Assembly: GCA_963522415.1 (NCBI GenBank) | Contig: CAUQZV010000004.1 | Location: 72 to 64,071 of the forward strand | Source of the DNA: an uncultured Veillonella sp. | Lineage (GTDB): Bacteria; Bacillota; Negativicutes; Veillonellales; Veillonellaceae | Direction: 5' to 3' | DNA length: 64,000 nucleotides | Shown: piece by piece, positions 40,305 through 52,132 of the stretch | How the letters are laid out: every line of letters begins with the position of its first letter | How positions within the stretch are numbered: position 1 is the stretch's first letter | The notes under the pieces: generated by a model | What the model saw: the letters and a program-made list of their open reading frames with translations, nothing else | Database searches by the model: none | What the model was told of the DNA's origin: nothing | Made by a program: the position numbers and the translations under genes

Positions 40305-41372
40305 ATGTGGAAAAATAAAAAATTATGGATTGCTATCGTAGCTATTTTGGTGGTAGCTATTGGTGGATGGCAATGGTATAGTAGTAGCCAATCGAAAGAG
40401 GCTCCTACCTATACAACGGGGAAAGTAGGAAAAGGTAGTATTTCATCTACCATAAGTGCCACAGGAACGATTAATCCTGTTCGTTATGTAGATGTGTCTA
40501 CGAATGTTCCTGGTAAATTAGAAGCTGTTTTAGTAAAAGCGAATCAACATGTGACAGCAGGACAAGTGATCGCTACCATTGATTCTCGTCAACTACAGGC
40601 TTCCGTAGATAATGCAAGAGCTACATTGAATCAAACAGCCACAGATTTGGATCGCTATCGTACGTTAGTATCACAAGGTGCTATTTCACAGCAAACTTAC
40701 GACAATGCCTTAGCAGCGTATGAAAAAGCAAGAGCTACCTACGACCAAGTGGCAGCTAACTTGACCGATAGTACGATTACAGCACCTATGGATGGCACGA
40801 TTATTGGAGAACCTTTAAAAGCAGGTCAAACCATTGCTACTGGTATTTCTACACAAATGATCATTGCTACCATTGCAGATTTATCCGATTTAGAAATCTA
40901 TTTAACAGTTGATGAAACAGATATTGGGAATGTAAAAGAAGGTGCCAAAGTAGATTTTACAGTCGATGCGCATCCTGGCCAGACTTTCACAGGTACTGTG
41001 AAAAGTATTTCCTTAGGCACAAAAGGTAGTATGGGAACAACCAGCTCGTCCGTGGTGTACTATACAGTGCGTGTAGCAATTCCAGCAAGTGATGTAAGTC
41101 ATTTCTTCCCATCTATGACAGCGCGTGCTACGATTCATGGCGAAGAACGACAAAATGTGTTGGTAGTACCATTGGCAGCAGTGCGTTCTGACAAAGTGGG
41201 AGAATTTGTGTATGTTATTAAAGATGGAAAACCTGTTCGAACCAGTGTAAAAACAGGTATGACAGGGGACTCTACAATTGAAATCATATCTGGTGTAGAA
41301 GAAGGCGATGAAATCATTATCAGTGGTGATGTCAATGCGACGAAAAAACAACAACAGAGGGGGCCATTCTAA
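40305..41372 (+). CDS. MacA-like periplasmic adaptor subunit
   Basis: N-terminal TM helix, ITAPMDG, VDETDIG. Confidence 0.9.
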   Translation: MWKNKKLWIAIVAILVVAIGGWQWYSSSQSKEAPTYTTGKVGKGSISSTISATGTINPVRYVDVSTNVPGKLEAVLVKANQHVTAGQVIATIDSRQLQASVDNARATLNQTATDLDRYRTLVSQGAISQQTYDNALAAYEKARATYDQVAANLTDSTITAPMDGTIIGEPLKAGQTIATGISTQMIIATIADLSDLEIYLTVDETDIGNVKEGAKVDFTVDAHPGQTFTGTVKSISLGTKGSMGTTSSSVVYYTVRVAIPASDVSHFFPSMTARATIHGEERQNVLVVPLAAVRSDKVGEFVYVIKDGKPVRTSVKTGMTGDSTIEIISGVEEGDEIIISGDVNATKKQQQRGPF

Positions 41373-42109
41373 TGGAAACTCCTAAAAAAGCGGTCATTAC
41401 CTTAGAGGGGATTACAAAAACCTATGTGAATGGAAAGTTGACGGTACCCGTATTACATGGTATTGATTTATCCATTTATGAAGGGGAGTTTACTTCTATC
41501 ATGGGACCGTCTGGTTCTGGTAAATCTACGTTTATGAATATCTTAGGGTGTTTGGATAGACCTACTAGTGGTTCCTATCGATTAGATGGAGAAGAAGTAG
41601 CTCACCTTGGTGACGATGAATTGGCCTATGTGCGGAACAAACGAATTGGGTTTGTGTTCCAAAGTTTTAATTTATTGCCGAAGTTAACAGCCTTAGATAA
41701 TGTAGCATTACCTATGGTCTATGCAGGCGTATCCAAAGCAGAACGTACGGCTAGGGCGAGTCAATTATTGACAGAGTTAGGGCTGGGTACTCGGTTGGAT
41801 CATATGCCAGCAGAACTATCTGGGGGGCAACGACAACGGGTAGCCATTGCAAGGGCATTGGCCAATGACCCAGCTATCATCATGGCCGATGAACCTACTG
41901 GTAACCTCGATTCAAAAGCGAGTTTAGATGTGATGCATATCTTCACAGAATTATATCAAGAAGGGCGCACTATCATTTTAGTTACTCATGAGCCAGATAT
42001 TGCTGAATATGCAGGTCGTAATGTGGTTTTAAAAGATGGACTGATTGTAGAAGATAGAATAAATCCCCACATGAAAGGATTGCAGCTGGGAGGTGAAAGC
42101 CATGTATAA
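41372..42109 (+). CDS. MacB-type ABC ATP-binding protein
   Basis: [25 protein letters not shown]. Confidence 0.93.
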   Translation: METPKKAVITLEGITKTYVNGKLTVPVLHGIDLSIYEGEFTSIMGPSGSGKSTFMNILGCLDRPTSGSYRLDGEEVAHLGDDELAYVRNKRIGFVFQSFNLLPKLTALDNVALPMVYAGVSKAERTARASQLLTELGLGTRLDHMPAELSGGQRQRVAIARALANDPAIIMADEPTGNLDSKASLDVMHIFTELYQEGRTIILVTHEPDIAEYAGRNVVLKDGLIVEDRINPHMKGLQLGGESHV

Positions 42110-43313
42110 AGAAGGTTTTTTAATGGCTTGGTCATCTTTAGTAGCCAATAAGATGCGTTCCTTACTGACGATGCTAGGTATCATCATTGGTGTATCAGCT
42201 GTGATTGCGTTGGTATCTATTGGATATGGAGTTCGTCAACAAATAACAGAATCTATTTCGAGTTTGGGTAGTAATCTATTAATGGTCTATCCAGGGGCTC
42301 CTAGAACACCAGGGGTACGTCCTGTGGCAGGTGCTAATAAAACGATAAAATTGAGTGATTATGAAGCTGTTTCTAAGATGGATAGCGTGCAAGCAGCTTC
42401 ACCAGTGGCGTCTAATTCCTATTTGACAGTGTATATGAGCAAGAATTGGACCACAACGGTGAATGGTGCCAATGCGGACTTTCAGTATGTGAATAACTGG
42501 ACTATGAAATCCGGTCGCTTTATTACAGATAGTCAAATTGAACGGCGTGAACGGGTGGCAGTCATAGGTGCCACAGTAGCAAAAAATTTGTTTGGCAATG
42601 AAGATCCCATTGGTAAAGATATTCGGATTCACAAAAATTCTTTTAAAATTGTAGGCGTTCTTGATGAAAAGGGATCCGGCACTATGGGGAATGATCAAGA
42701 TGATGTCATTGTAGTGCCTTATACAACTATGATGGAACGTGTGATGGGTGTTGATTATTTGCGTATGATCTATATTCAAGCAAAAGAAGGGCAGGATTTA
42801 GAACGTGTCCAAGCTGATATAGAAAATATTTTACGCGTCCGTCATGGTATTAAAAACCCTGACCTAGATGATTTTAATGTGAATAATATGGCTTCTATTA
42901 TGAAAGCTGTAGAAGAAAATACAGCCACAATGACCTTATTCTTAGGTGCTGTGGCAGCGATTTCCTTACTAGTTGGTGGTATTGGCATTATGAATATTAT
43001 GCTCGTGTCTGTAACGGAACGTACTCGAGAAATTGGTGTTCGTAAAGCTTTAGGCGCTACGTATCGAACCATTATTACGCAGTTTTTAATTGAAGCTGTT
43101 GTTATCTCTCTTGTAGGTGGTGCTATTGGTATTGTAGTGGGAATTGGTGCTTCACAGTTGATTGCCACAGTAGCTAAATTAAAAACTGTAGTGACCACAG
43201 GCCCTATTTTATTATCATTTGGATTTTCCATGTTTATAGGTCTTGTATTTGGCCTGTATCCAGCTAGAAAAGCAGCGAAGTTAAATCCTATTGATGCTTT
43301 ACATTATGAATAG
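42102..43313 (+). CDS. MacB-type ABC permease
   Basis: RSLLTMLGIIIG, VTERTREIG, PARKAAKLNPIDAL. Confidence 0.93.
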   Translation: MYKEGFLMAWSSLVANKMRSLLTMLGIIIGVSAVIALVSIGYGVRQQITESISSLGSNLLMVYPGAPRTPGVRPVAGANKTIKLSDYEAVSKMDSVQAASPVASNSYLTVYMSKNWTTTVNGANADFQYVNNWTMKSGRFITDSQIERRERVAVIGATVAKNLFGNEDPIGKDIRIHKNSFKIVGVLDEKGSGTMGNDQDDVIVVPYTTMMERVMGVDYLRMIYIQAKEGQDLERVQADIENILRVRHGIKNPDLDDFNVNNMASIMKAVEENTATMTLFLGAVAAISLLVGGIGIMNIMLVSVTERTREIGVRKALGATYRTIITQFLIEAVVISLVGGAIGIVVGIGASQLIATVAKLKTVVTTGPILLSFGFSMFIGLVFGLYPARKAAKLNPIDALHYE

Positions 43314-43420
43314 CTGAGTAAATACCAATATGCATGGAAAAGTAGGTCTATTGTATATTGGTATTTTTCTTTTTCCCGAAAGAATATGGTATAATATATA
43401 AATTGAAAGGATGTGTGTCT

Positions 43421-43705
43421 ATGAAAATTAGTCAAGAGGAAATTAAGAATATTGCCTTATTATCCAGATTAGAAATTAAAGATTTAGAGGCTGCTGAAAA
43501 AGCCTTAAGTAATATCCTTACCTATGTTGAGGAATTAGAAGAATTAGATTTAACCGATGTAGAGCCAATGGCTCATGCGGTGCCATTACAAAATGTATAT
43601 CGTCCTGATGAAATGAAACCATCATTGTCACGAGAAGAAGCATTGCAAAATGCACCAGAAGAAGAGAATGGGTATTTCAGAGTACCTCGTGTTGTACAAA
43701 ACTAG
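43421..43705 (+). CDS. gatC: Asp/Glu-tRNA amidotransferase subunit C
   Basis: IALLSRL, NAPE...YFRVPRV. Confidence 0.93.
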   Translation: MKISQEEIKNIALLSRLEIKDLEAAEKALSNILTYVEELEELDLTDVEPMAHAVPLQNVYRPDEMKPSLSREEALQNAPEEENGYFRVPRVVQN

Positions 43706-43715
43706 GAGAAGATAC

Positions 43716-45173
43716 ATGACTCTTTTTGAATTACATCAAAAATTAGTAAATAAAGAAATTTCTGCCGTAGAGCTTACGAAAGCTGTATTGGCACATAAAG
43801 ACAATGTAGAGCCTACAGTACATGCGTACTTATCAGACTCTCATGAAGCGGCGTTAGCACAAGCTGAAGCTGTGGATGCAAAAATTGCAAAAGGAGAAGT
43901 TATTTCTCCATTAGCAGGTGTTCCAGGCGCTATTAAAGATAATATTTGTACGAAAGGAGTAGCCACTACTTGCGGGTCCCACATGTTGGAAAACTTTGTG
44001 CCTCCTTACAATGCTACTGTTATTGAAAAATTACAATCTCAAGATGCTATTATTTTGGGTAAATTAAACATGGATGAGTTTGCTATGGGTAGCTCCACAG
44101 AGAACTCTGCTTTAGGCAAAACCACAAATCCATGGAATCCAGACTACGTACCAGGCGGTTCTTCCGGTGGTAGTGCAGCGGCTGTTGCCAGCGGTAGCGC
44201 TATTTGGGCATTGGGTTCTGATACAGGTGGATCCATTCGTCAACCAGCATCCTATTGTGGCGTGGTTGGTTTGAAACCAACTTACGGCAATGTATCTCGC
44301 TATGGCTTGATTGCCTATGCATCTTCTTTGGACCAAATTGGCCCTGTTACAAGAGATGTACGTGATGCAGCCATCGTGCTGAATGCCATTACTGGTCATG
44401 ATTTCCATGATTCTACATCTATTCCGGGGAATCGTGTAGATTATACAAAAGCTCTTGTGAAAGATGTAAAAGGCTTGCGTATTGGTGTGCCTAAAGAATA
44501 TTTTGGTGAAGGTTTACATCCAGAAGTGCGTGCAGCTTTGGAGAAAGCTGTTGAAACCTATCGCAATATGGGGGCCACTATTGTGGATATTTCCTTGCCA
44601 ACTACAAAATATGCCTTGTCTGCATACTATATCATCGCTTTGGCAGAAGCTAGCTCCAACTTAGCTCGTTATGACGGAGTTAGTTATGGCCTTCGCGTGC
44701 CGGCAGATAATTTAGTAGAAATGTCTACTAAAACTCGTACCCAAGGTTTCGGTGAAGAAGTACAACGTCGTATCTTGTTAGGTACCTATGTATTGAGCTC
44801 TGGCTATTATGATGCGTACTATTTGAAAGCCTTAAAAGCACGTCGTTTAATCAAGAACGAATTTGATGCTGCCTTTCAAGAATGTGACGTATTGTTAACA
44901 CCAACAGCTCCGAATACAGCTTTCAAATTTGGTGAAAAAATCAACGATCCTTTAACAATGTATTTAGAAGATGTGTGTACAGTGCCAGTTAACTTGGCTG
45001 GTATCCCAGGTATCAGTATTCCTGCTGGATTTGGCTCTAATGGTATGCCAATCGGTATGCAATTATTGGCGCCAGCTATGGGTGAAAGTACATTGTTACA
45101 AGCTGCTTATAGCTTTGAACAAGAATGTCCTGAATTTACAAAATTGCCAACTATGGGAGAATTGAAACTATGA
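43716..45173 (+). CDS. gatA: Asp/Glu-tRNA amidotransferase subunit A
   Basis: Amidase signature [19 protein letters not shown]. Confidence 0.97.
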   Translation: MTLFELHQKLVNKEISAVELTKAVLAHKDNVEPTVHAYLSDSHEAALAQAEAVDAKIAKGEVISPLAGVPGAIKDNICTKGVATTCGSHMLENFVPPYNATVIEKLQSQDAIILGKLNMDEFAMGSSTENSALGKTTNPWNPDYVPGGSSGGSAAAVASGSAIWALGSDTGGSIRQPASYCGVVGLKPTYGNVSRYGLIAYASSLDQIGPVTRDVRDAAIVLNAITGHDFHDSTSIPGNRVDYTKALVKDVKGLRIGVPKEYFGEGLHPEVRAALEKAVETYRNMGATIVDISLPTTKYALSAYYIIALAEASSNLARYDGVSYGLRVPADNLVEMSTKTRTQGFGEEVQRRILLGTYVLSSGYYDAYYLKALKARRLIKNEFDAAFQECDVLLTPTAPNTAFKFGEKINDPLTMYLEDVCTVPVNLAGIPGISIPAGFGSNGMPIGMQLLAPAMGESTLLQAAYSFEQECPEFTKLPTMGELKL

Positions 45174-46615
45174 AATATGAAACAGTCGTAGGCCTTGAAG
45201 TTCATACTGAACTGAAAACAAATTCAAAAATATTCTGCTCCTGTACAACGGCCTTCGGGGGCGACCACAATACACATGTATGCCCAACTTGCTTAGGTTT
45301 GCCGGGAACGATGCCTGTGTTTAACCAAAAAGTATTGGAATATGCTATTAAAGTCGGTTTGGCATTGAATTGTGAAATTGTATTATTCAATAAATTTGAC
45401 CGTAAAAACTATTATTATCCAGATTTGCCTAAAAACTGGCAAACCTCTCAATTTGATTTGCCTATCTGCGTGAATGGTCATCTTGATGTAGAAGTGAATG
45501 GGGAAACTCGTCGCATTCGTATCAATCGTATCCATATGGAAGAAGATGCTGGTAAATTAGTGCATAGTGGTGCTACTATTTCTAGCTCTGATAGCTCCAA
45601 TGTAGACTACAACCGTACAGGTGTGCCATTGTTAGAAATCGTATCGGAACCAGATCTCCGTTCTGGGGAAGAAGCGCGCCAATATGTGGATAAAATCCGT
45701 GCCATTGTACAATACCTAGGCGTTTCTGATGGCCGTATGGAAGAAGGTAGCTTGCGTTGCGATGCGAACATTTCCATCCGCCCTGTAGGGGAAACAAAAT
45801 TAGGTACAAAAACTGAAATCAAAAATATGAACTCTTTAACAGGTATCCAAAAAGGTATTGAATACGAAGCACTTCGTCAAGCGGAAGCCTTGGAAGATGG
45901 AGAGACTATTATACAAGAAACTCGCACGTGGGATGATAGCAAAGGGATTACTCTTTCTATGCGTAAAAAAGAGAAAGAAAATGACTACCGTTTCTTCCCA
46001 GAACCTGATTTGGTACCTATCGTGGTAGATCCTAAGTATATTGAAGAGATTCGTGAATCCTTACCAGAGTTGCCAGAAGCAAAACAACAACGTTTTATCG
46101 AAAGCTATGGACAATCTAGTGAAGATGCTCGAACATTGACAAGTCAACGCGCTACAGCGGATTATTTCGATGCTGTCGTAGAGGCTGGAGCCGATGCAAA
46201 AACGGCATCTAACTGGATCATTGGCGATTTGGCAAAACTTGTGAATGATGCTGGTATTTCCTATGCAGACAGCAAGGTACAACCAGAACAATTAGCTGCT
46301 ATGATTGGCTTAATTGAAAAAGGTACAATTTCTGGTAAAATTGCTAAACAAGTCATTGTAAAAATGTTTGAAACTGGTAAAAATCCAGACAAAATCGTAG
46401 AAGAAGAAGGTTTAGTTCAAATTACCGATACAGGAGCTATTGAAGAAATCGTAAAACAAGTCATCGCAGATAATCCTAAATCTGTGGAAGATTTCAAATC
46501 TGGTAAAGGTAAAGCTATCGGATTCTTGGTAGGTCAAGTGATGCGTGCTTCTAAGGGTAAAGCAAATCCTGGCGTTGTTAATGAATTGTTGGAAAAATAT
46601 TTACAAGCTCTATAG
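45170..46615 (+). CDS. gatB: Asp/Glu-tRNA amidotransferase subunit B
   Basis: [21 protein letters not shown]. Confidence 0.97.
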   Translation: MKYETVVGLEVHTELKTNSKIFCSCTTAFGGDHNTHVCPTCLGLPGTMPVFNQKVLEYAIKVGLALNCEIVLFNKFDRKNYYYPDLPKNWQTSQFDLPICVNGHLDVEVNGETRRIRINRIHMEEDAGKLVHSGATISSSDSSNVDYNRTGVPLLEIVSEPDLRSGEEARQYVDKIRAIVQYLGVSDGRMEEGSLRCDANISIRPVGETKLGTKTEIKNMNSLTGIQKGIEYEALRQAEALEDGETIIQETRTWDDSKGITLSMRKKEKENDYRFFPEPDLVPIVVDPKYIEEIRESLPELPEAKQQRFIESYGQSSEDARTLTSQRATADYFDAVVEAGADAKTASNWIIGDLAKLVNDAGISYADSKVQPEQLAAMIGLIEKGTISGKIAKQVIVKMFETGKNPDKIVEEEGLVQITDTGAIEEIVKQVIADNPKSVEDFKSGKGKAIGFLVGQVMRASKGKANPGVVNELLEKYLQAL

Positions 46616-46623
46616 GAGTGACT

Positions 46624-46959
46624 ATGAGTCAAGAACAAAAGTATGAAGAAGGAACACGCGTTCTTTCAGAAGAAGAAGTACGTGATTTTGACGGAACAAC
46701 AATAGATGAAGAGGGGCGTACATATGACGCTCCTCCTCACAAATCTTCTCAACAGAAACAACAGGGTTTTCAAACTATTCCTAATATGAAGGTCTTCTTG
46801 TGGAATGCCCTTAACTGGAAGTGGAAAGCAGGCCTAGTAGTAGCTGCATCAGTGGTGATTGTAGTGTTATTTGCATTAGCTAAATTCATCATTGCTGGTG
46901 CTTTTGTGATTATCCTAGCGTGGTTAGTGATGCGCTTGTTGGGAAAAGTATTTTTTTAA
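46624..46959 (+). CDS. Hypothetical membrane protein
   Basis: Acidic N-terminus and two C-terminal TM helices. Confidence 0.75.
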   Translation: MSQEQKYEEGTRVLSEEEVRDFDGTTIDEEGRTYDAPPHKSSQQKQQGFQTIPNMKVFLWNALNWKWKAGLVVAASVVIVVLFALAKFIIAGAFVIILAWLVMRLLGKVFF

Positions 46960-46984
46960 ATCTGAATACAGAGGTTGTATTGCT

Positions 46985-48592
46985 ATGGAACAAACATTTT
47001 CATGGAAACGGTTTGCATGGCTAGGGATGGGAACGTTCTTGTTCTACCTGTTTATGGCATGGGCATTGCCTGTGACGGATACAGTGGAATCAAACTATGC
47101 TTTGTCTGCCGTGACCATGATGAAACATGGAGAGTTTTTGTCTCCTATGATTTATGACATGTATTGGTATGATAAACCAATTATGGCATATTGGGGGCTT
47201 ATACTGTCCTACTCTTTGTTTGGTATCTCTGATTTGGCTGCTCGATTGCCATCCATTGTCGTTTCTACGTGTACAGTATTAGCGATGTATCGGATGGCTT
47301 TCAGTATATATCAAGTAGAACGGATTGCCATGTGGAGTGCCATTGCCCTAGGAACGGCGTTAGAATTTTGGTACATCGGTCACGCTGTCGTAACGGATGG
47401 ATATTTATTTCTCTTTTCCATGGGTATTTTTTATTATGTATACCGAGGTATCACTGGTGAAAGTCATCGCCATATGATCTATGCATATATTTTTGCTGGA
47501 TTAGCGGTGCTTACCAAAGGTCCTGTAGGGATCGTGTTACCCGGGATTATTTTAATTCTATATGTGGCCTTAAATCGTCGTATGGATTGGTTTAAGTATG
47601 TTTTTTCTTGGAAGGGTATCCTTGCCTTTATTTTAGTTGTGGCACCTTGGTATGGATATATGTACTACGCTCATGGCGATGCTTTTATCCAAGGATTTTT
47701 AGGGCTACATAATGTGACTAGAGCCACAGTAGCAGAGCATCCAGAACATAATTGGTGGTACTTGTATTTTGTCTTGTTACCAATCTGCATGATGCCATGG
47801 ACTAGTTTTGTGGTTCGTGGTATTAATGAACAGAAACATGCCTATATTTGGTATTGGTCTATTTTCTGGTTTGTAGGGACTGTTTTGTTCTACACGTGTA
47901 TGGCTACTAAATATATTACCTACACATTTATTATGCTGATTCCTTTGGCATTATGGGCAGGCATGGGCATTCATGTTTGTATAGAAGGATACAAAGAACG
48001 CAAGATGACGTGGAAGGTGTTTACCCTATATGCACTGGGTGGAGTTCCATTTTTATTAGGATTAGTCATAGTAGGATTGGGCATGTCTTTATCACATAGT
48101 ACGTATCTATTGATCAGTTTAGTGGTAATAGTGGTAAGTTGTATCTATGCCGCTAGTAGACGAACAGGACATGTCTTAGTGTGTAGTATGGCAACGAGTG
48201 CTATTGTATTCTATTTAGCATTAGTTCCAAACTTAGTGCCAGTTATGGAAGACCAATCTGGAAAAGTATTAGCTAATGAAGTGATGGCATTGGAGGGGAC
48301 TACTCCACTAGATGTGTATCAATATGGTAATTATCGTACATCTTTGTCCTATTATTTAGGACGGACTACTTCCTTCATACATTACAAAGAACATGAAAGT
48401 GTTTGGGAAGATGGGAAGAACATTATGCCTATGGTGAAACCTACTGACTTGGCAAAAGATAGAGAGAAACTATCTCGAGCTTTAATTTATGTGCCCAATA
48501 AATACGCAATATATTTTAAAGAAACAAGTGTATATGACCATGTTCAGCCAGTAGAAAGAGATTCTCGAGGCGTCTTCTACAAAGCGAAATAA
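46985..48592 (+). CDS. ArnT-like GT39/PMT glycosyltransferase
   Basis: YDKP, ARLPS, LTKGPVG, PWY, multiple TM helices. Confidence 0.88.
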   Translation: MEQTFSWKRFAWLGMGTFLFYLFMAWALPVTDTVESNYALSAVTMMKHGEFLSPMIYDMYWYDKPIMAYWGLILSYSLFGISDLAARLPSIVVSTCTVLAMYRMAFSIYQVERIAMWSAIALGTALEFWYIGHAVVTDGYLFLFSMGIFYYVYRGITGESHRHMIYAYIFAGLAVLTKGPVGIVLPGIILILYVALNRRMDWFKYVFSWKGILAFILVVAPWYGYMYYAHGDAFIQGFLGLHNVTRATVAEHPEHNWWYLYFVLLPICMMPWTSFVVRGINEQKHAYIWYWSIFWFVGTVLFYTCMATKYITYTFIMLIPLALWAGMGIHVCIEGYKERKMTWKVFTLYALGGVPFLLGLVIVGLGMSLSHSTYLLISLVVIVVSCIYAASRRTGHVLVCSMATSAIVFYLALVPNLVPVMEDQSGKVLANEVMALEGTTPLDVYQYGNYRTSLSYYLGRTTSFIHYKEHESVWEDGKNIMPMVKPTDLAKDREKLSRALIYVPNKYAIYFKETSVYDHVQPVERDSRGVFYKAK

Positions 48593-48604
48593 TGGTGATC
48601 ACAG

Positions 48605-48641
48605 TATTGGGGATGCTCCTAAGAGTGTCTCCAATATTTTT
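48605..48641 (+). terminator. Intrinsic terminator
   Basis: TATTGGGGATGCTC/GAGTGTCTCCAATA followed by a T run. Confidence 0.7.
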
Positions 48642-48813
48642 ATTCTATACTACATGGAGGGATAGCTATGGTTTCAGGCTATTTTTTGGATTCTAATATA
48701 TAGTGGGGAGCAAACATCATACTTTTGTGGAGTTATTCAGTTGTATAACTCTTTGAGAGTATAGTGATAGGTATTATCCCAAAGTAAATTTTATATACAA
48801 AAAAATAGATATG

Positions 48814-48849
48814 AAATAGGCACCAACTGTAAAAGCTGGTGCCTGTTTT
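48814..48849. terminator. Terminator hairpin downstream of the eptA-like gene
   Basis: AAATAGGCACCA/TGGTGCCTGTTT. Confidence 0.7.
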
Positions 48850-48863
48850 GTACTTGCACTATT

Positions 48864-50690
48864 TTATTTGGCTTCAGGATCTAGGGACAATGGTTGTGTA
48901 CCTAACATTGTAGTTAAGTTATTAACATTAAAGCGATATGCTTTGTTAGAAAAATCTCGTGTAACATCGTAATTACCAGATGGAGCATGTATGATGCCTA
49001 CGAGCATATCATACAATAAGTCATTGGTGAAATATTGTTGTTCATGATTGCGTAGGGTAATTGCTGTTTCTGGATATGCTGTACGATATGTAGGAGATAA
49101 GTAAATCCACATTGGTATCCGTGTCATTCCAAAATTGAAGATATCTGGATTGTGAGATGTTTTAATATTTTCTCCATGGTCAGAGAAGTATACCATGGCT
49201 TGTAAGTTTAAGTTATCCTTAGCATAGGTGTAAATTTCTTGTAACAGCCAATCAGTATATAGTTGGCTATTGGCATAAGCTTCAATTCCTTCAGGGTTTG
49301 GACCTTGTTTCCATTTGCTGAACTCGTGAGGATATCTATCGTTGTAGTAGATATGACTACCCATAATATGGATGACGATGAAATTATTTTGGTTCTTTGG
49401 TACATCTTTTAAAAGTGGTAACAAAGCGCCATCATATTGATCGGAGAAGGCGTAGGATTCATGCGCCCATCGAGGGGTGTCACTAGCTTTCGCGATAAGG
49501 GAAATAGCTGTATCATATTCGCCATATACACCTTGGTTAGACAACCAAGAGGTATGATATCCAGCTTTTTTTGCTACATCGATGATGGTTGTGGCATCAA
49601 AGAATGGTTTATCATCATATTGGTTTCGCTCTGTTAAGGCTCTTTCTAAAGTTGGTACTGTTTGTACATAGGAAGAGTAAGCGTGCTTAAATACATTAAA
49701 GTTTGGGTTTTGATACAAGGAACCTTGCCATGGCGTATCATCGTAAGGGAAGTCTGGAGTGTACATTTTCATGTAATCTCTAGAAGAAGATTCACCAATG
49801 ACTAAGATCACAGTGCCCGGTGTTTTTTGCGCCGCTGTTTCTGTAGTGCTTAATTGTAAATTATTAAAGACACTGACATGCTTATCATTATATGATTGCA
49901 ACTCTTTCATATAAGCTCTTACTTCCAACCAGTTGCTGACGATATCAGTACGAGGGAATAAATAATACCCACCATACACGATAAGTGCGATGGATAGAAT
50001 CCATTTTATATCATTTCGATACCTTTGAAAGAAAAAGAAATGGAACACAGTAGGTTCATCGTTTATTTGCGCTTTCACATTGGCGAAGTAGAAAAGACCA
50101 AGTATGATTGCAATGCCAACGATAGCGCCTCCGATACCGCCTACGCCGATGATGTTTTTTACAAAGCCTAAGGCTTCCTCAGGGTTGGTTTGGTATAGAG
50201 CCATCATGGTAGCTGGTGTAATGCAATGCCAGGTGGATAGATAGTATCCGATTTGACCTGCTGGAATGAGAAGTAATACTATATCAAGAAGGCTATATAA
50301 GCCAGCCCATAGTTGTTTCCATTTGCCCCATTGGAACAGCCAATAGTGACTGACTGTGAGCAAACAAAAGATGACGAGGCCGAAGAGGAAGTCATTGGCA
50401 AATTCGTAGAAGTAAAATGGTTTTTCATAGGACCAATGGAATAAGAGGGGGAATGTTAATGCCCAACTGATACCCACGATACCATGACCAATGAGATATC
50501 CTTTTGTGAAGGAACTACGAATAATCGATTGTAAGATTGTTAAACCTACTATGGTAGGGACGAACAAGGTAAGTATATCTTCTATGTCAAACCCTAAAGT
50601 TATAGGTTCGTAGATATAAAATAGTGCCACTGCGATGATAGTGGACACGATGGTATACAGTCCTAGCTGTTTCCATCTTTGACGATGCAT
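48864..50690 (-). CDS. Phosphoethanolamine transferase (EptA/CptA-like sulfatase fold)
   Basis: TM N-terminus; VIGES, W.SNQ, HIMGSH, YFSDHGE. Confidence 0.88.
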   Translation of the reverse strand: MHRQRWKQLGLYTIVSTIIAVALFYIYEPITLGFDIEDILTLFVPTIVGLTILQSIIRSSFTKGYLIGHGIVGISWALTFPLLFHWSYEKPFYFYEFANDFLFGLVIFCLLTVSHYWLFQWGKWKQLWAGLYSLLDIVLLLIPAGQIGYYLSTWHCITPATMMALYQTNPEEALGFVKNIIGVGGIGGAIVGIAIILGLFYFANVKAQINDEPTVFHFFFFQRYRNDIKWILSIALIVYGGYYLFPRTDIVSNWLEVRAYMKELQSYNDKHVSVFNNLQLSTTETAAQKTPGTVILVIGESSSRDYMKMYTPDFPYDDTPWQGSLYQNPNFNVFKHAYSSYVQTVPTLERALTERNQYDDKPFFDATTIIDVAKKAGYHTSWLSNQGVYGEYDTAISLIAKASDTPRWAHESYAFSDQYDGALLPLLKDVPKNQNNFIVIHIMGSHIYYNDRYPHEFSKWKQGPNPEGIEAYANSQLYTDWLLQEIYTYAKDNLNLQAMVYFSDHGENIKTSHNPDIFNFGMTRIPMWIYLSPTYRTAYPETAITLRNHEQQYFTNDLLYDMLVGIIHAPSGNYDVTRDFSNKAYRFNVNNLTTMLGTQPLSLDPEAK

Positions 50691-50866
50691 AGTGTCGCCT
50701 CTCTTTCTGGGTGTAGCAATTTTTGCCCATTTCATTTATAATACTTATTAGATACATACGTTGGTATGTCTATGTATTATTCTAACTGTTTCTAATAGGA
50801 AATGCAATTTTTTCATACAAGGTGTGGTGAAAGCCATACCTTTATTTTTGGTAGAAAGGAGTTTTC

Positions 50867-51598
50867 ATGAATACCTACGATTTTAAACTGGATATTTTTG
50901 AAGGCCCTTTGGATCTTTTGTTGCATTTGATTGAAAAGAATCAGATCGATATATATGATATTCCCATTGTGCATATTACCTCACAATATATGGATATATT
51001 GAAAACTTGGAATCGATTCGATATTGTTTATAGTAGTGAGTTTTTAGTCATGGCAGCTACTTTGTTGCAGATTAAGTCACGTCTGTTGTTGCCTAAAGTA
51101 ATTCATAAGGATGAAAGTGAGGCAGAAGATCCACGAGATGAATTGGTAAACCGATTGGTGGAGTTCAAACGTATCAAAGAATTGACGGGTCTCTTAGAAG
51201 AACGTGTATCCGATGGTTCCTATGTATTCAATAGACCAGAAGAGCTTAGCCAAGTAGGATTAGATCTTGTTTGCACTGTGGAATGGGAAGCTCTAGTGGC
51301 GTGCTTTCAGAAAGTGCAGGAACGGTATCATCGACCTGAGGTAGAAGCCCCTAAAGTTATGATGGAACGAGAAGAATATACATTAGAGCAAGGGATTGAA
51401 GATGTATTACTAGCGACGAGACAGCAACAAGTGCCTTGTGTCAATTTATTTGCGAGGGCTCAGACGAAGAAAGAAAGCGTGGTTACATTTTTGGCCTTAC
51501 TAGAGTTGATGAAACGTCAACTGTTGCGGATTATTGTGGGCAATCACGATGTATATAGCGTGATTGTAGAAGGTATAGAAGAAGGAGAGTCCCTGTGA
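50867..51598 (+). CDS. scpA: Segregation and condensation protein A
   Basis: FEGPLDLLLHLI, FLVMAATL, TFLALLEL. Confidence 0.95.
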   Translation: MNTYDFKLDIFEGPLDLLLHLIEKNQIDIYDIPIVHITSQYMDILKTWNRFDIVYSSEFLVMAATLLQIKSRLLLPKVIHKDESEAEDPRDELVNRLVEFKRIKELTGLLEERVSDGSYVFNRPEELSQVGLDLVCTVEWEALVACFQKVQERYHRPEVEAPKVMMEREEYTLEQGIEDVLLATRQQQVPCVNLFARAQTKKESVVTFLALLELMKRQLLRIIVGNHDVYSVIVEGIEEGESL

Positions 51599-52131
51599 GT
51601 AGCATTGAATTTCAGCAGTTAGAGGCTGTTTTATTTGCAGCGGCTACCCCTTTAACGGTAGATACATTAGCAGATATATTTGAGGTTTATGTACCAGAAG
51701 TTGAAAGAGCTATCAAAGCTTATGAAGAAAGTTTGATTCAGGAACGACGAGGCATTCGGATTCGTAAAAGTGCATCAGGTATAGAACTGGTGAGTGCTCA
51801 AGAATGCAGTGAATTTGTTACCAAAATCCGCCATCGAGATGAAAAGCTATCTGGTGCGGCTATGGAAACGTTGGCAGTGATTGCTTTCAAACAGCCTATC
51901 ACAAAAGGTGAAGTAGAAGAGTTTCGTGGGGTAAACTGTGAAAAAGTATTAAAACAATTATTGGCCCGTGACATGATTGTGGAGTTAGGACGAAAGGAAA
52001 CCATTGGACGTCCGGTGATTTATGGAACTTCGGATAACTTTTTAAGGACTGTAGGTGCTAATTCTATTGAAGAGTTGCAACAGTCTATGCCTCTTTCAGA
52101 GGGAGCATCCATAGCTATAGAAGGAGAATAA
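51595..52131 (+). CDS. scpB: Segregation and condensation protein B
   Basis: EAVLF, ETLAVIA.KQPIT, GRPVIY. Confidence 0.95.
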   Translation: MSSIEFQQLEAVLFAAATPLTVDTLADIFEVYVPEVERAIKAYEESLIQERRGIRIRKSASGIELVSAQECSEFVTKIRHRDEKLSGAAMETLAVIAFKQPITKGEVEEFRGVNCEKVLKQLLARDMIVELGRKETIGRPVIYGTSDNFLRTVGANSIEELQQSMPLSEGASIAIEGE

Positions 52132-52132
52132 T

